Shown here: positions 1-12,050 of the stretch, in pieces
Layout: every line of letters starts with the position of its first letter
Numbering within the stretch: position 1 is the first letter of the stretch
Source: Chiloscyllium plagiosum
Lineage: Eukaryota
Direction of reading: 5' to 3'
Length of the DNA: 64,000 nt
Assembly (NCBI RefSeq): GCF_004010195.1
Contig: NC_057718.1
Location: forward strand, 49,439,239-49,503,238
Position numbers and translations under genes: made by a program
Notes under the pieces: model-generated
What the model saw: the letters and a program-made list of their open reading frames with translations, nothing else
Database searches by the model: none
Told to the model about the DNA's origin: nothing

Positions 1-469
1 GATATTCCAGGTATGTAGTATCCACCTTACCTGTACACACTTTCTCTCATTTCAATGGATTCAGTGCAGTGCAGTTAGTTAGTCAGTTATGTGTATGCAA
101 TGCACAGAAACATCAATAAGCATCAAACACAGATTATGCATAAATCTGTGATATTGTAGTAATGTAAATAGTCAGTGGTGTTAATAAACTTTGAGACATC
201 AACTAGAAGCTGATTTTTGTGGAATATACACAACCATATCATTTTGCTGATGATATTTGGCCCAAGAAACCATATGAAGTATAGTCACAGAAAGCAATTT
301 CTAGGTCACTTATTGCATGGTTTTAATGGGTAATTCAGGTCAATAATTTTATTGGTAGGAAAATAGGGCAAACAGAACGCACATCATCTCTCAACCTGAC
401 TTATTATAACACATACATATTGTGACAAATATATCAATATGTGTTCTCTACTTCGGACAGTATTTTCAC

Positions 470-830
470 CGAGGGGTACTGTTAGCAATCCGGAAGTTCA
501 GGCAAATGGGCCAGAAACTTGAGGTCAAATCTCATAACAAGGAGTTGGTGAATTTAGTTTCGCTTAATGACATATATGTGGAATAAAACACTAGTCCTTT
601 AATAAGAATCATGAACCTCGTGGAGTGTCATTTTAAAAATTCTATATGGTCCTTCAAATTTGGCATTCTTACCTGAAATAGCCATTTCATGATGATGGAT
701 CAGAACCTCACAGTACTTTGGACATTTTTATGGACTTGCAATTCCAGAATGTGTTTTTAAAAGAGGACTGATGCAGACAAAAGGGAACAAGGACTGTGAA
801 TGCAAATTCAATGCTGACTGGTAATGCCCT
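470..830 (+). mobile_element. Very degraded tRNA-derived SINE (family 2, as at 48049)
   Basis: Patchy similarity to the head and body of 48049-48428 (caggcaaatg...ggtcaaatctca...ggtgaatttagtttc...ggaataaaa); boundaries approximate. Confidence 0.4.
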
Positions 831-899
831 CTGTGGGACGAATGGAATGTCACATCATCAATGGTGTCAAGGAAACACATGGGCGATGCTATGTACCAA

Positions 900-1420
900 A
901 AGTCTAGTCAAACAAGTGGCATCTAAAAAATGAAAAGCATTTTTGAGATCTAGGAAGCTATAGGGAAGAAATTCCAGAGATTGAGGTGTAGACAACTGAA
1001 GCTACAGCCGTAAATCGTGGAGTAATTAAAACTGGGAATGCTCAAGAGAGCCAGAATTAGACATGCATAAATATCTCTGGGTGGTGGAACTGGAGGAAAT
1101 TATGGAAAAGGGAAGGGGCAAGAAAATGAGGAATTGGAAAACAAGGATGAGAATTTTAATATTAGATTGTAGCTTGACTGGGAACCATCATGGGTCAGAA
1201 AGCAAACAGGTGGCAATAGAGCAGAGTTTTAGATGATTTCATATTTATGCAGAAGACCACCATCGAGCAGCAGTATGTTAAAGTGTAGAGGTAACAAGAG
1301 CCTGACTGAAAGCAGATGAACTGACACAGAGGTAAAGTCACTGCTGTGGGGATAGAAATAGGCTGTCTTAATGGTGGCAGAAAAATGAGATTGGAAACTC
1401 ATTTCAGGCTGCAAACAGAC
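900..1420 (-). mobile_element. Degraded L2-like LINE 3' region
   Basis: Blocks gggaagaaattccagag, gagccagaattag and ggaaaacaaggatgagaattttaa recur in the same order at 49150-49520; resembles fish/shark L2 3' ends from memory. Confidence 0.55.
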
Positions 1421-2014
1421 TGGAAATTAAAATCGGTCCATGATCCGTGACTGTTTCTGCTTTCAATGGCAACAGTGCTGGGTGGCTTTAAGCATCAGGT
1501 TCCACTGCTGTTGTGCAGTGATTCTATATAAGCTAAATACATCCATGAAGAGACTGACTGCATGCATGCCAAGGCTGATGTCACATTTTTCCCAAGTTAT
1601 ACAAATAATTAGTGACCTAATCTGCTGGGATTTTGGCCAGTCATTTTTAAACAAGCCTGACTTGTTTAAATCTCAGATTTGTTTTGCTTTCTTTGAATAG
1701 CTATCGCAATGACGCAGTATACTTTATTCAAAGGAGAAAGCTAAAGCTGATGCCACCCACTGCACTCATTCCACAGTCAGGTTACTGCAGATCCAACTCC
1801 CAGGATACATTCACACATTATGGCACAGTGGATGGTCACCATTATATCTCAATGCAAGGAAAAATAGAAGAGGTTGTATTAAATTGAAAGAATTATACTT
1901 TGGATGAGTCATGAAATGTTCTAATCCGAGTCCCAGCCTCACTTGTCTCACTCAGTAATGGAATTGGGTAGCAATGAATTTCATTGTTGTTGATAAGTAT
2001 AAATGTAAGAAAGA

Positions 2015-2196
2015 GAAGCACGGCAGGTCAGGCAGCATCCGAGAAGCACGAAAATCGACATTTCGGGCAAAAGCCCTTCATCAGGCTTTTGTCTAAAACT
2101 TCAATGTTCCTGCTCCTTGGATGCTGTGCTTTTCCAGCACCACTCTAATCTTGACTCCGACCTCCAGCATCTGCAGGATCCACTTTCACCCAAGCA
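2015..2196. mobile_element. Short foldback Penelope-derived element (family A) with hammerhead core
   Basis: Inverted arms homologous to 63045-63260; minus strand 2085-2056 reads cctgatgaagggcttttgcccgaaatgtcg; direct repeat taagaaaga at 2006-2014 and 2197-2205. Confidence 0.8.
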
Positions 2197-2447
2197 TAAG
2201 AAAGAACCCAGTTAATACTTTTTAAACTTATGGTACATCCATAATTAGCATCTTTTTGCACTTAGTGGCCAGGTCATCTCTGTACAATTTTCCATGTTGA
2301 CAGATCCATTCCAGTGTTCTAGCTGAATAAAAACAACTTGGGAGATTGCATGCAACTGGTTCTGGCCTACAAGTCTTTAGTTTGATGGCTGGTATGTTGA
2401 GTCCATTGCCTTTCTCTGTATCAGTGCTTTTCAGTCATTCTATGATT

Positions 2448-3225
2448 TCACAGATTCATAGAATCATATAGCATGGAAGTAACCCTTCAATCTAACTCAT
2501 CTGCTCTGACCTGACATCCCAACATTTGACCCATATTCCTCTAAACCTTTTTATTCATATACCCATCCAGATGCCTTTTTAATGTTGCCCACCTCCATCA
2601 CTTCCTCTGGCAGCTCATTCCATACATGCAACACCAATTACATGAAAAATATTACACCTCAGATCCTTTTTAAATCTTTTCCCTCTCATCTTAAAATTAT
2701 GTACTTTAGTTTTGGACTCCCTTACTCTAGGAAAAAGGCCTTGGCTATTCACCTTATCCGTGTCTCTCGTGATGTTATAAACCTCTATAAGATGACCCCT
2801 TAACCTCCAATGCTCCAGGGAAAATAACTCCAGCCTTTCAACCTCTGCCTATCATTCAAACCCTCCAGTTCTGGCAATATCCTTACAACTCTTTTCTGCA
2901 CCCTCTCAAGTTTAACAGCATCCTTTCCATAGAACATTGACCAGAATTATATGCAGTATTCTGAAAATGGCCTCATCAAGGTCCTGTACAGCTGCAACGT
3001 GACATTCTCAACTCTTATACTCAATGTTATGACCAATGAAGGCAAGTGTGCAAAACGCAATGTTCACCATCCTGTCTACCTGCAACCCCACTTTCAAGGA
3101 ACTATGCACCTGCACTGCTAGGTCTGTTTGTTCAGTAACCTTACCCAGGGCCCTTCTATTAACTGGATAAGTCCTGCCCTAGTTTGCCTTACCAAAATGC
3201 AACACCTCAAACTTATCTAAATTAT
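2448..3225 (-). mobile_element. CR1/HER1-type LINE, 5'-truncated 3' end
   Basis: Reverse-complement similarity to 34699-35535 across the ORF2 C-terminus and 3' UTR. Confidence 0.9.
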
Positions 3226-3514
3226 CTAAATCAAGTGGAGTGTTTTGAATTGGCTGAAGACTGGCATCTATGATGAAGGTTTCCTCAGGAAGACACCAAA
3301 GGAGATCATCCACTCAGCACTTTTGGCTGACAATGGTTGTAAAATCTTTAGCCCTGTCTTTTGCATTAATGATATGGCTCTCTCATTATTAACACCAAAG
3401 TTGTCTGCATATATACAATGAGACGAACAATATTCAGGTTGCAAAATGGCAAATAACATGCTCACGTTCTGGTCTCCAAAAAGGAGAAACAAGTTATATT
3501 GCTATTTGATGGTA

Positions 3515-3840
3515 TTTTAATTGCTGACATCTACCATCAACATCTTTGGAGTTAACATTGACCAGAAACTTGAGCAATCGTATCAATGCTGTGGTTATCA
3601 GAACAAGTCAGAGGTTGCAAATTCAGTTGCACATTCATGTGGTGACTCTTCAGACCGTGCAAATCATACACGAGGCACAGGTCAAATGTGTAGTGGAGCT
3701 TCGTTAATACTCTTGCAGCTTAACACTATCCAGGACAATGCAGCTTGCTTAATCTGCAACCAATCGACTAGCCTAAACGTTTGTAATCTTTTCCACAGTG
3801 CATAATGGAAGCAGTGCATACTGCCATAAAGATGCTTCAT
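3515..3840 (+). mobile_element. CR1-group LINE family B fragment
   Basis: TINIFGVNIDQKL and IQDNAACLI in ORF 3521-3805; homologous to 51290-51860. Confidence 0.7.
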
Positions 3841-4083
3841 TATTAATATTTCTTGAGAATTTGGTCAGAGGAATGTGGTCAGTAAATCATTTGAAAATGC
3901 TGAGAAGAGATCTTCTCTTGTACTGTTTTTCTTAAAAGGGATCACTGAAAGGACATTTTTTCAAGAAATGTTTTTGAAGTTGCGTGGCTGAAGCTAATTG
4001 TTTGGAATTATTTACTGGAAGTTACACATCTGGGTATGTGACTTAATTTTGGACGTGATTTGATGTTCAGTTTGGTTACATCC

Positions 4084-4133
4084 GTGTGTACGTGTGTGAG
4101 AGAGTGAGAGAGAGAGACAGAGAGAGAGAGAGA
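4084..4133. repeat. Compound (GT)n/(GA)n microsatellite
   Basis: gtgtgtacgtgtgtgagagagtgagagagagagacagagagagagagaga. Confidence 0.9.
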
Positions 4134-4389
4134 CTTCCTTCCTCATTCTAGGCTTTTCTAATTACACCATCTTGGAGAGTCTAGAGTGAGACCTGAAAAA
4201 TTGATGGAGCTGTTCTCCTGAAAAGGCTCTGAATTGTTGACAATTTCTGCATTGTTTCTACAAAGATTTCAGAGGGAACTATCTAAATTAACCAAGGGAG
4301 AAGCCGTTTTGGAACTAACATTATGCTATGAAAGAGTACTGAGGGAATAGTGATGTAGAATTACAGACTTTTCATTAAGTTTTAAAACC

Positions 4390-4810
4390 ATGTAGTTCAA
4401 TTTGAAGCAAAGTTCTTAATCTAAACGAGGGCAATTATGAATATATGAGGAGAAAGTTGTCTGTCATGGATTCAAAAATATACAAAAAGGTTTGACATTA
4501 GAAATGCAATAGCTGGTATTTAAAGAATTAATGCCTGACTTTCCAAAAACATGCATCAAAAACATTGATGCATGTTATCAAAAAAATTGGAAGCGTGTAG
4601 ATTGGGAGAATTTTAGAATTAAGCAAAAAAGGATCAAGAAATTGGGAAAAAAATATGAATGTAAAATGGTAAAAATCATAAAAAGTGGATTATAAAGCTT
4701 CTATAGCCAGAAACAAAGGAAAGATTAACAAAGACAAATGTGAGTTCATTTCAGCAGAATTTATAATATGAAATAGACAAATGTCAGAGTAAAAATTAAT
4801 ACTTTGGATG
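4390..4810 (+). mobile_element. Degraded CR1 ORF2 internal fragment (between EN and RT)
   Basis: Broken frames read LNLNEGNYE, DWENFRIKQK and KSFY, resembling the CR1 ORF2 linker region. Confidence 0.6.
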
Positions 4811-6083
4811 AAGTCTTTCCAGCTCCTGAATGATGTTGGCATTGATGAATCAGTTGGGAAAATTGGGTGAGACTTGTGGAAATGAAATTCTTGCTGCTGA
4901 GAGGAAAATATCAAATTCTCCAACCAAGTGTTGAATGGTGAGATAAGAACCTTGCTAGCAAATAATGAGAGGTGTATTTGCATACAATGAAATAGATTTG
5001 CATGTTAATATTACCTCATCTTACTTTATTGATATGCACTTCCCCATTCTCTCAACTGCCAGGAAGAAACTAGATGTTGGCAATTGCTGACACGAGTCAA
5101 AGAATTACCTTGTGACTCCAACTTACTGCTTGGTCCTCTGGCCCTCCATCTTGGACAGTAATCACCAATATCTCAGGATAGCAATGTTTGAAACCCCTGT
5201 CCAGAGAAATTGGCATCGGACATTTACCAGCCTCAGTGCAGTCTCATACCACATCTTTTAACCTCTTGCAATATGATTCTGCACATTAATACTGCACTAT
5301 GGAACTCACTGGCACCTTTAATTGGAATTCCGGTTCCAGGACACTTTCCACACAGGGACAGGCACCCATCCCATGGATTTGATTGGGTTATATCTCAGGG
5401 TACCTCGGTTTGCATTCTTAGCAGTCATTCACTTTATACCTACTTTCATGCTCGTGGCTTGTCTGGTCTTGCTTTTTTGTTCTTTGTTCCCTCAGCTTAA
5501 CGACTCATAGTACTTTCATTTTGTTGTTTAATGCAACACAAAACCAACCAGCATCTCTTTGTTGTCAGCTGTCAGCCGTCAAGAGAGTTGATATGTTAAT
5601 GTACAACACTGTGTGACACCAATCTTACACCTGCACCACGTGCCAGTGGATTATGGGCCAAATACACCGTCTATGTCTCAAACACAAGACCATATCTCAA
5701 ATTCTACATGGAGCAGACCTCAATAAAATCAAGGAAGGCAGCCTTCAGTCAAGGTGTTCTGGCACAGTAAGTCAAAGGCAGTGTCCGCAATGAGTCTGAA
5801 GGCTGGATATGCTCAGTCGGCCGCTAGGGGCAATCACGGTCAGGAAGCCTATTTCACTATGTCGCAGGGTGCAATTACAGAGGAAGCAGTATGGGGATTC
5901 ACTCAGGAGTCCAGTCACTCAGTCGCTCGACAATCCTTCCATTGTCATCCAAACCGCAAGTGCACAAAGGAGATGAAAATGGCCATTGACATAAAAGGAG
6001 GAGTTTGTGAGGGAGGACAATATGCCTTCATGTGATGTGAAGTCCTTCAAACAGCAATAGTATCAAACAGACACCAACACATT

Positions 6084-6940
6084 CGGGACGGGACCATTTG
6101 CCACAGCAGATTCACTGCCAACGATTAGCCACTGCCCTTTGACCACCGAGGACGCTTAGCCACTGCCCATTGGCCACTGAAGATGATTCGCCACTGTATG
6201 CAAGTCGCATATTTTGAATATTGGTGGTATAAAAAATTGTCATTATATTGGCTAAGGTAGTGTTTGCTTTGTTTCAGTAACAACTTATTTTCGTTACAGG
6301 AGAGTTTTTTTTAAGCTTGTATTTTTGGAACAGGAATTTTTAGTGTGGAAACAGAAATTATTAGTAAACATGGAAATAAGAAGTTTTACCATGATGGTTT
6401 TATATATATTTTTGATAAACTATCCAAGAATGATTCAAGTATTAAGTTTTGGCGATGTGAACAAAGAGGGAACCACAAATAAAGCTAAAAAAGTATCAAG
6501 ATACAGACAATAGAATTTAAAAAAATTGTTCTTGAATACGGTGAAAGAGATTGTTTGGAATATCTGAGAGGAATAGCGCATAACTATCAAATGAACTGAA
6601 ATTTCATTGTTTAATATTAATGTGAGATTTTACTGCCATTATAAAGATTTTTAAAATATATTTCCTTTTTCTGGTTAAAGTTTGTAACACATTTTTATAT
6701 ATAAACCAATAAAACAATATTTATTTCACTTCATTTTTTATCAATATGTACTATATTGTTGCATAAATAAAGGGGACTGAGAAGTATGAAAGAACAGGTG
6801 GGAGGAAAAACAATCAGTATATATATATATATTTCCGGTGGCGAATAGTCTCCAGAGGTCAAAGTGGAGAAACGCTGGTGGCGAACCGGCAGTGGCTAAT
6901 CATTGGCGGTGAATCTGCCGTGGCAAATCGTCACCAACTC
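6084..6940 (+). mobile_element. Internally deleted Mutator-like (FLYWCH-MULE) DNA transposon
   Basis: TIR of about 50 bp (gaccatttgccacagcagattcactgccaacgattagccactgcc vs reverse complement of the right end gacgatttgccacggcagattcaccgccaatgattagccactgcc); 9-bp TSD caacacatt at 6075-6083 and 6941-6949; subterminal GCCAC repeats. Confidence 0.88.
6345..6599 (+). pseudogene. Transposase remnant: partial FLYWCH N-terminus joined to MULE C-terminus
   Basis: 6345-6470 translates VETEIISKHGNKKFYHDGFIYIFDKLSKNDSSIKFWRCEQRG; after a frameshift, PQIKLKKYQDTDNRI*/KIVLEYGERDCLEYLRGIAHNYQMN* (stop 6597-6599); DDE core absent. Confidence 0.8.
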
Positions 6941-7289
6941 CAACACATTACAGGTAAAAGACATCTGTGATCACCAGATGTTATATTTGATTAACCTAGC
7001 ATGTGGACTAAAAATCTTGGCGGGAGACACTGCTGACTACATCATGCAACATCACAAATCAATCCCACTGTGAAGCACAAGGTCCTACAGGCTGCACATG
7101 GTCACTTCACATCTTGGACAATAAAACATTATGGAGCGCTAAGACTGGTAAGTCTATGTACCTTCAATGTTGTTGTTCGAGCTAAAATGATATTGGCTCA
7201 AATAGCTATGATGAAAAGTGGGTACACTGACAATAGGTGACTTATGCCACCTATTGACTGACAGAAATCTTTCTTCTTCCTTTACTTCC

Positions 7290-8330
7290 CATTATAGCTC
7301 AGTGCAATGCCAGGCTCCAAAGCTGGGATGATGCAGCCTGCCCTTCAGTGGAGCCTGTTGGTCTTGGAGTTTTGGTTTGGATGACTCCTGGATACTTGTT
7401 GCTAGAAGGCTTTGACATGATGCAACAGAGTTAGGTTTAGGGTCCCTAACCCTATCAACTTCAGGATGGCAGGCTGGAGGTTGAAGGCTTGGTCACCTCT
7501 GAAGTATCCAGAAAGCAGATTCTATGGTTCCTCCTCTGGCTGGGTATCTACTGGCACTGATTTGTCTCCTCGTGAGGAAGGGGCACCTGGAGTGAAGTCA
7601 AGATCCCTTGTCCCTCTGCCACCTTGCTGTTAGAACTGAGCACCAATAGACAGAGCATTGGAGTCTCAGTGTGTGTGTATAGTCAACAGTCTCTGCATGT
7701 ACTGGACCAGGCTTTCCGTGCCAGCCACCAATTTGACCATGGAAGCAGCCAGTGACTTGCATGTCAGAGGCAACATGGTACAGATTGTATTAGTGGGTTC
7801 CTCTAATCTTCAAGTTAGTTTTGCCCAATGGCTCCAACAAACCTGTCAGCTGCTCCTGTGTCTGCTTGCACATTTGGACAAAGTTGTTACTTGCTGAGAC
7901 TGTGCCACCTGTTCCCATGTGCAAAGTGTCCTTGCTGTAGCATTACCATTCGAGTCTATGCCTCCTAAGCAGATTGCCTGTGTGGTCACAAGTGAATTGG
8001 GAAATGCTGGGAGTCAATATCCATGGACAAGGAATTGTTTCTTAACATATTGTTTGGTCTGATCAACACGAAGGGTGCTCACAATCAGGGGCACGCTGAA
8101 GCTGCCATCTACCTGCTTGAATTTTTTGATGTCTAACTTATTTGGCGCGAATGGTAAGTGAAGAAGTAGAATATTAACAAGGTGACTTCTCACCTTAATT
8201 AAGCATTGAACAAGTAAAACTCCTTCTTAATTCTCAACTCGCTGCACATGATAAGAAACTTGCCATGCCATTTAGCAAAAAGCTAAAAGATGTTTCCAAC
8301 ATTGAGGTGGGTATTACTCGATTCCCTGTT
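7290..8330 (-). mobile_element. Possible degraded Harbinger-type element remnant
   Basis: GC-richer block; minus strand has a LAASMVKL-like coiled-coil motif resembling Myb/SANT partner C-termini; weak. Confidence 0.3.
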
Positions 8331-11300
8331 AAAATGTGCCGCAAATCTCACCATAGCCAATGCTGCTCGGATTCCTCTTAGATTCCATGTCAACACTACT
8401 AAAAAAAGGATAGCATCCTTAATACGTTGGATATTCCAAGGAAACAACAATCCGACAGAACAGAATCGACAACAGCAACTCCAAGGCCACCTGTTTGTAA
8501 ATAAAACAATACCAGCTTCAAATATGGTGGTGTCTGATATAATAATGAAAGTGAACTTCCTTTGGCATTTCCGGTAAGGAAGAATGATCTGATTCCAAAG
8601 AATCTTTATAATTAAATAGGGAAATGAAAACTGCGGAGGAAGTACTTAGACAGAAGTAAAATAAATGAGCACAGTTAATACTGTGTCATAGTTCAATCGA
8701 AACTGACGTATTGGACCAATAATCACAAATGTTGAATTTTTTTTAATGCTACGTTATTATCAACTCAGGCTTCCAACAAGTTAAGATACAAATTATACCC
8801 CACTGAGGGTGCAGGAAAAGTTTAACACTGCATGCACGAGATGACCCACCCCACCAAGGGTTGGCCATGATTTGCAACTTCAGTCTAAGATTTTCAAACA
8901 TAAACTGTATAATGTAAGTAAAAGAAAAGTTCAAGCATTTTTATAATGGCTTCAGGCTGTGCATATAAACTCCTGTGTAGACGCATCCAATTCAAAACAC
9001 TGTTTCTCATTACTGTAAAATATTATAGAACTATCAAAATATTGTAATGTTAGAACAAAGGGAAAAGCTCTCTTGTCTATATCTGTCTTCAAGGTACAAC
9101 ATTACAGATGAATGAAGTGGAAATTTGTAGTGAGGTGGATTGAATTCCCTTTGGGAAAGCATCAAAGTTGTGTTGTGTTTTTGAAGCCCATTTCCAAGCT
9201 GCTACTTCTTTTGAAATAAAGACATCCAACTAGTCAACGTGTTATAATAATGAAAGGAAATTTCATTTTTTAATCTAACAATGTTAAGTACCAATGCTGT
9301 CTAAGTAACTACTTTCTTTGCTGTATCTCTTTGTATCTTCAACAGTCTCTTCACAGCAATTTTCTTTGACAAGGCATAACCATCAAATGCCTACATGTTG
9401 TTAATTTCTCTCTCTTTACAGTGGAGCAACTTGGGATGTTCTATTATGTTAAAGATTCGAAACAAGCATAAGCTATCATCATTTTGACTCCACGTAATTT
9501 TACAATACATGCTTGGCACAAGCCCAGGTAACAAAATTAAACACAAAAATCTTATTTTCAATAGAAGGGCAAGTATCAAGTGCAAAAGGTTCAATTCAGT
9601 GAGACTTAGAGCATTTTGCCAGGCTAATTAAAGGAAACCTCTTAGAGCACAAACAAATTTTATATACTATAAAACGCAGATATTCAATAGGTCTAAATGC
9701 AAAGATATTTTTGACCATATACGATTAGAACAAAACAATTAAATCATATATAGGATTTCATCATGTTCCTATTCCAATGTTTCTTTCGTACTCATATTAA
9801 TATCAGCTGCAAAATTGCTGAAATTGGTTGGCAATAGAGTCTACTGCTCGTCAGTTTTGTTCTTACCTGTTTACTGATGCTGTTTTGTCTTGCAGGTTGC
9901 TGAAAACAAATGAAAATGATACTTCTGAGAGCTGAGTTAACTTGGCAAACATCTACGTAACCAATCAGACTGAGAGATTCTAAAAACACAAGGACCAAGA
10001 AGAGAGTGTAAATTGGAGCAAGTGAATTTCACGTTAAATGAGGTACAGAAAGAAAGGTAAATGGAAGGCACAAAAGATTGCACTAATAGAGAGAGAAAGA
10101 AAGGACATGTAGGTAAAAAAAATCCTTGAAATAAAATCTCAAAGAATGAGACTCCAGAATTCTAACAGTTAATTATCAGTGTCAGTGAAATTGATTAACA
10201 CTAATTATGCTTCTAATGTCAGGTCCTTAGATATGAACTTATTGAGTTAGCTTTGATTTTTGTGTTTAATTGTGTACCCGCCCTCATCTGAAGATGTTGT
10301 GACACTTGCAGACAAATGTTGCAGGCACTATCAGCCTTTAGCACAATTCTGAGAGAGGTTTGGACTATATCGTTTAAAGGCTTACTGAGAGATCTAACAC
10401 AAGATTACATATAAATATTACAAAGACTCAATTTTTCCTGAACAACTTTACTTAATTTTTCCTTATTAATTGGGTTGAAGATTTATTGGGCTAAAATTGA
10501 TTTCATTAAGCGTGCTGCAGCAATCCAGGCTGGTCTTTGCTGTTTCATAGCTGTTTTAATGCCACAGAAAATCTTAGTAATTGTGTGGCAATTATACATC
10601 CATGTAGAATTTGTACAAATTTTTAATTGTGAACGGCTTTGGGTTATAAATTGAATCTGTAATATCTAGAGAACACTACAATGTTGTGCATAATTGAAGT
10701 GTTGTAATTATTGTTCAACCATTTTCTTCAAATTGCTCCATGCTCCAGAAATTCAAACAAGGCTCGTGAGAGATGCTAGCACTTCTTTGTCAATATCAAA
10801 CAGTGTGATATATAGCAATAGGGAAGTAATAGTATAATTATGCAATAACACCTAGGTTAGTCTGTTGTAACCTTAAAAAGATGCCAAACCCATCTCCAGT
10901 AGATAATTCCAATGTTCTTATGGCTAACAACAGATGCAGGAGAACTCTGGCCTTTTGCAAAGCTGTATTTTAAAGGCGTGTAAATGGCTCATTATTCTCT
11001 CTAAGATCTTTACAAATGCTTAAAATTATTTTTTAAGTTTAGGAAAAATAGGATGTACTCAAAGCTGGAACAAATAATTACCCAACAGTAGAGCCTGTGT
11101 GTGCATTCGAGATCTGTTACATTTGTAGTCAGCAGAATGACTAACTGATATTGATTCTCGGATCAGTGGTGTAGGGTAATCAGGATAGCAGTCTGTCCAG
11201 CATTTAACTGGACAGTCCATGTTCTGGTTAGGTTGTTAGGACTTTGTTCCAAAACCCAAAGGATCATCTTTGACATTGCTACCAATCAGTCTGTTGTTCA

Positions 11301-11836
11301 GGTTGCTGCCTGCAATTTTCTTTTAAGATTTTATTTTAAAAATGCATGAGTTGAAAACTGGGGCTGGTCAGCACAATGGGAGGGGAGTTCAGGCATTTTC
11401 CTCAGGCCTTTCCTTAGATGTGCTCCCAATTTGCTGCATAAACTCAGAAAATTGATAGCAACCTCTTTAGGTAGCTCACAGAGTTTCTGTTGAACCCACA
11501 ACAAAATTAGATACCTTTCAGCTGTGCTTATTTTAAAAGGCATAACAACATAACATGAAGTAAACGCAATAGCTGGTGAAACAGATCACAATATATCCAT
11601 TGATGGTTGGTCACCAATGTCATTGCTATCTCATGGCATATGTATCTATCGTAGTTCCGACTAGACTCTTGACTGACTGGACACAAAAGCAGAAGGTCAT
11701 CATTGTGAAATCTAGCGCAACTGAAAGCACTACTTATTCTAACATGATCTGTTTTAGAGGGAAGTGCACTATGGGCACAGCAAATGCAAGGAGTAACTTT
11801 CGCCTGGAAAACCTCAAAGAATTGCACAATAGAGTA

Positions 11837-12050
11837 TACATGGCAGCTGCAGATTTTTGATACTGCACAGGAAGCCAAGGTGGAGGAGATGGAAAGGAGA
11901 AGAGATGTTCTGTATCCACAGCAGGTCAGCAGGCTACCCAGATACACACTGGCTGGTCAGGTATCTGTACAGATCAATGTCAGGCATCAAGCCTCAAGGA
12001 ACTGAATACAGTGCAACAAGAAATTCATTGAAATCACATGAGTGGTCAAG
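11837..12050 (+). pseudogene. Myb/SANT-like DNA-binding exon remnant, Harbinger-type
   Basis: FDTAQEAKVEEMERRRDVLYPQQVSRLPRYTL...RN*IQCNKKFIEIT*VVK followed by donor-like GTCAG; homologous to 20520-20680. Confidence 0.65.

Noticed and set aside
7431..7454. Head-to-head ttaggt-ttaggg-t-ccctaa-cccta resembling a telomere fusion
   Set aside because: Only about two units per side; a chance short hairpin is sufficient explanation
8290..8577. 95-aa ORF ending near a GTAAG donor-like site
   Set aside because: No recognisable homology and no convincing acceptor; insufficient support
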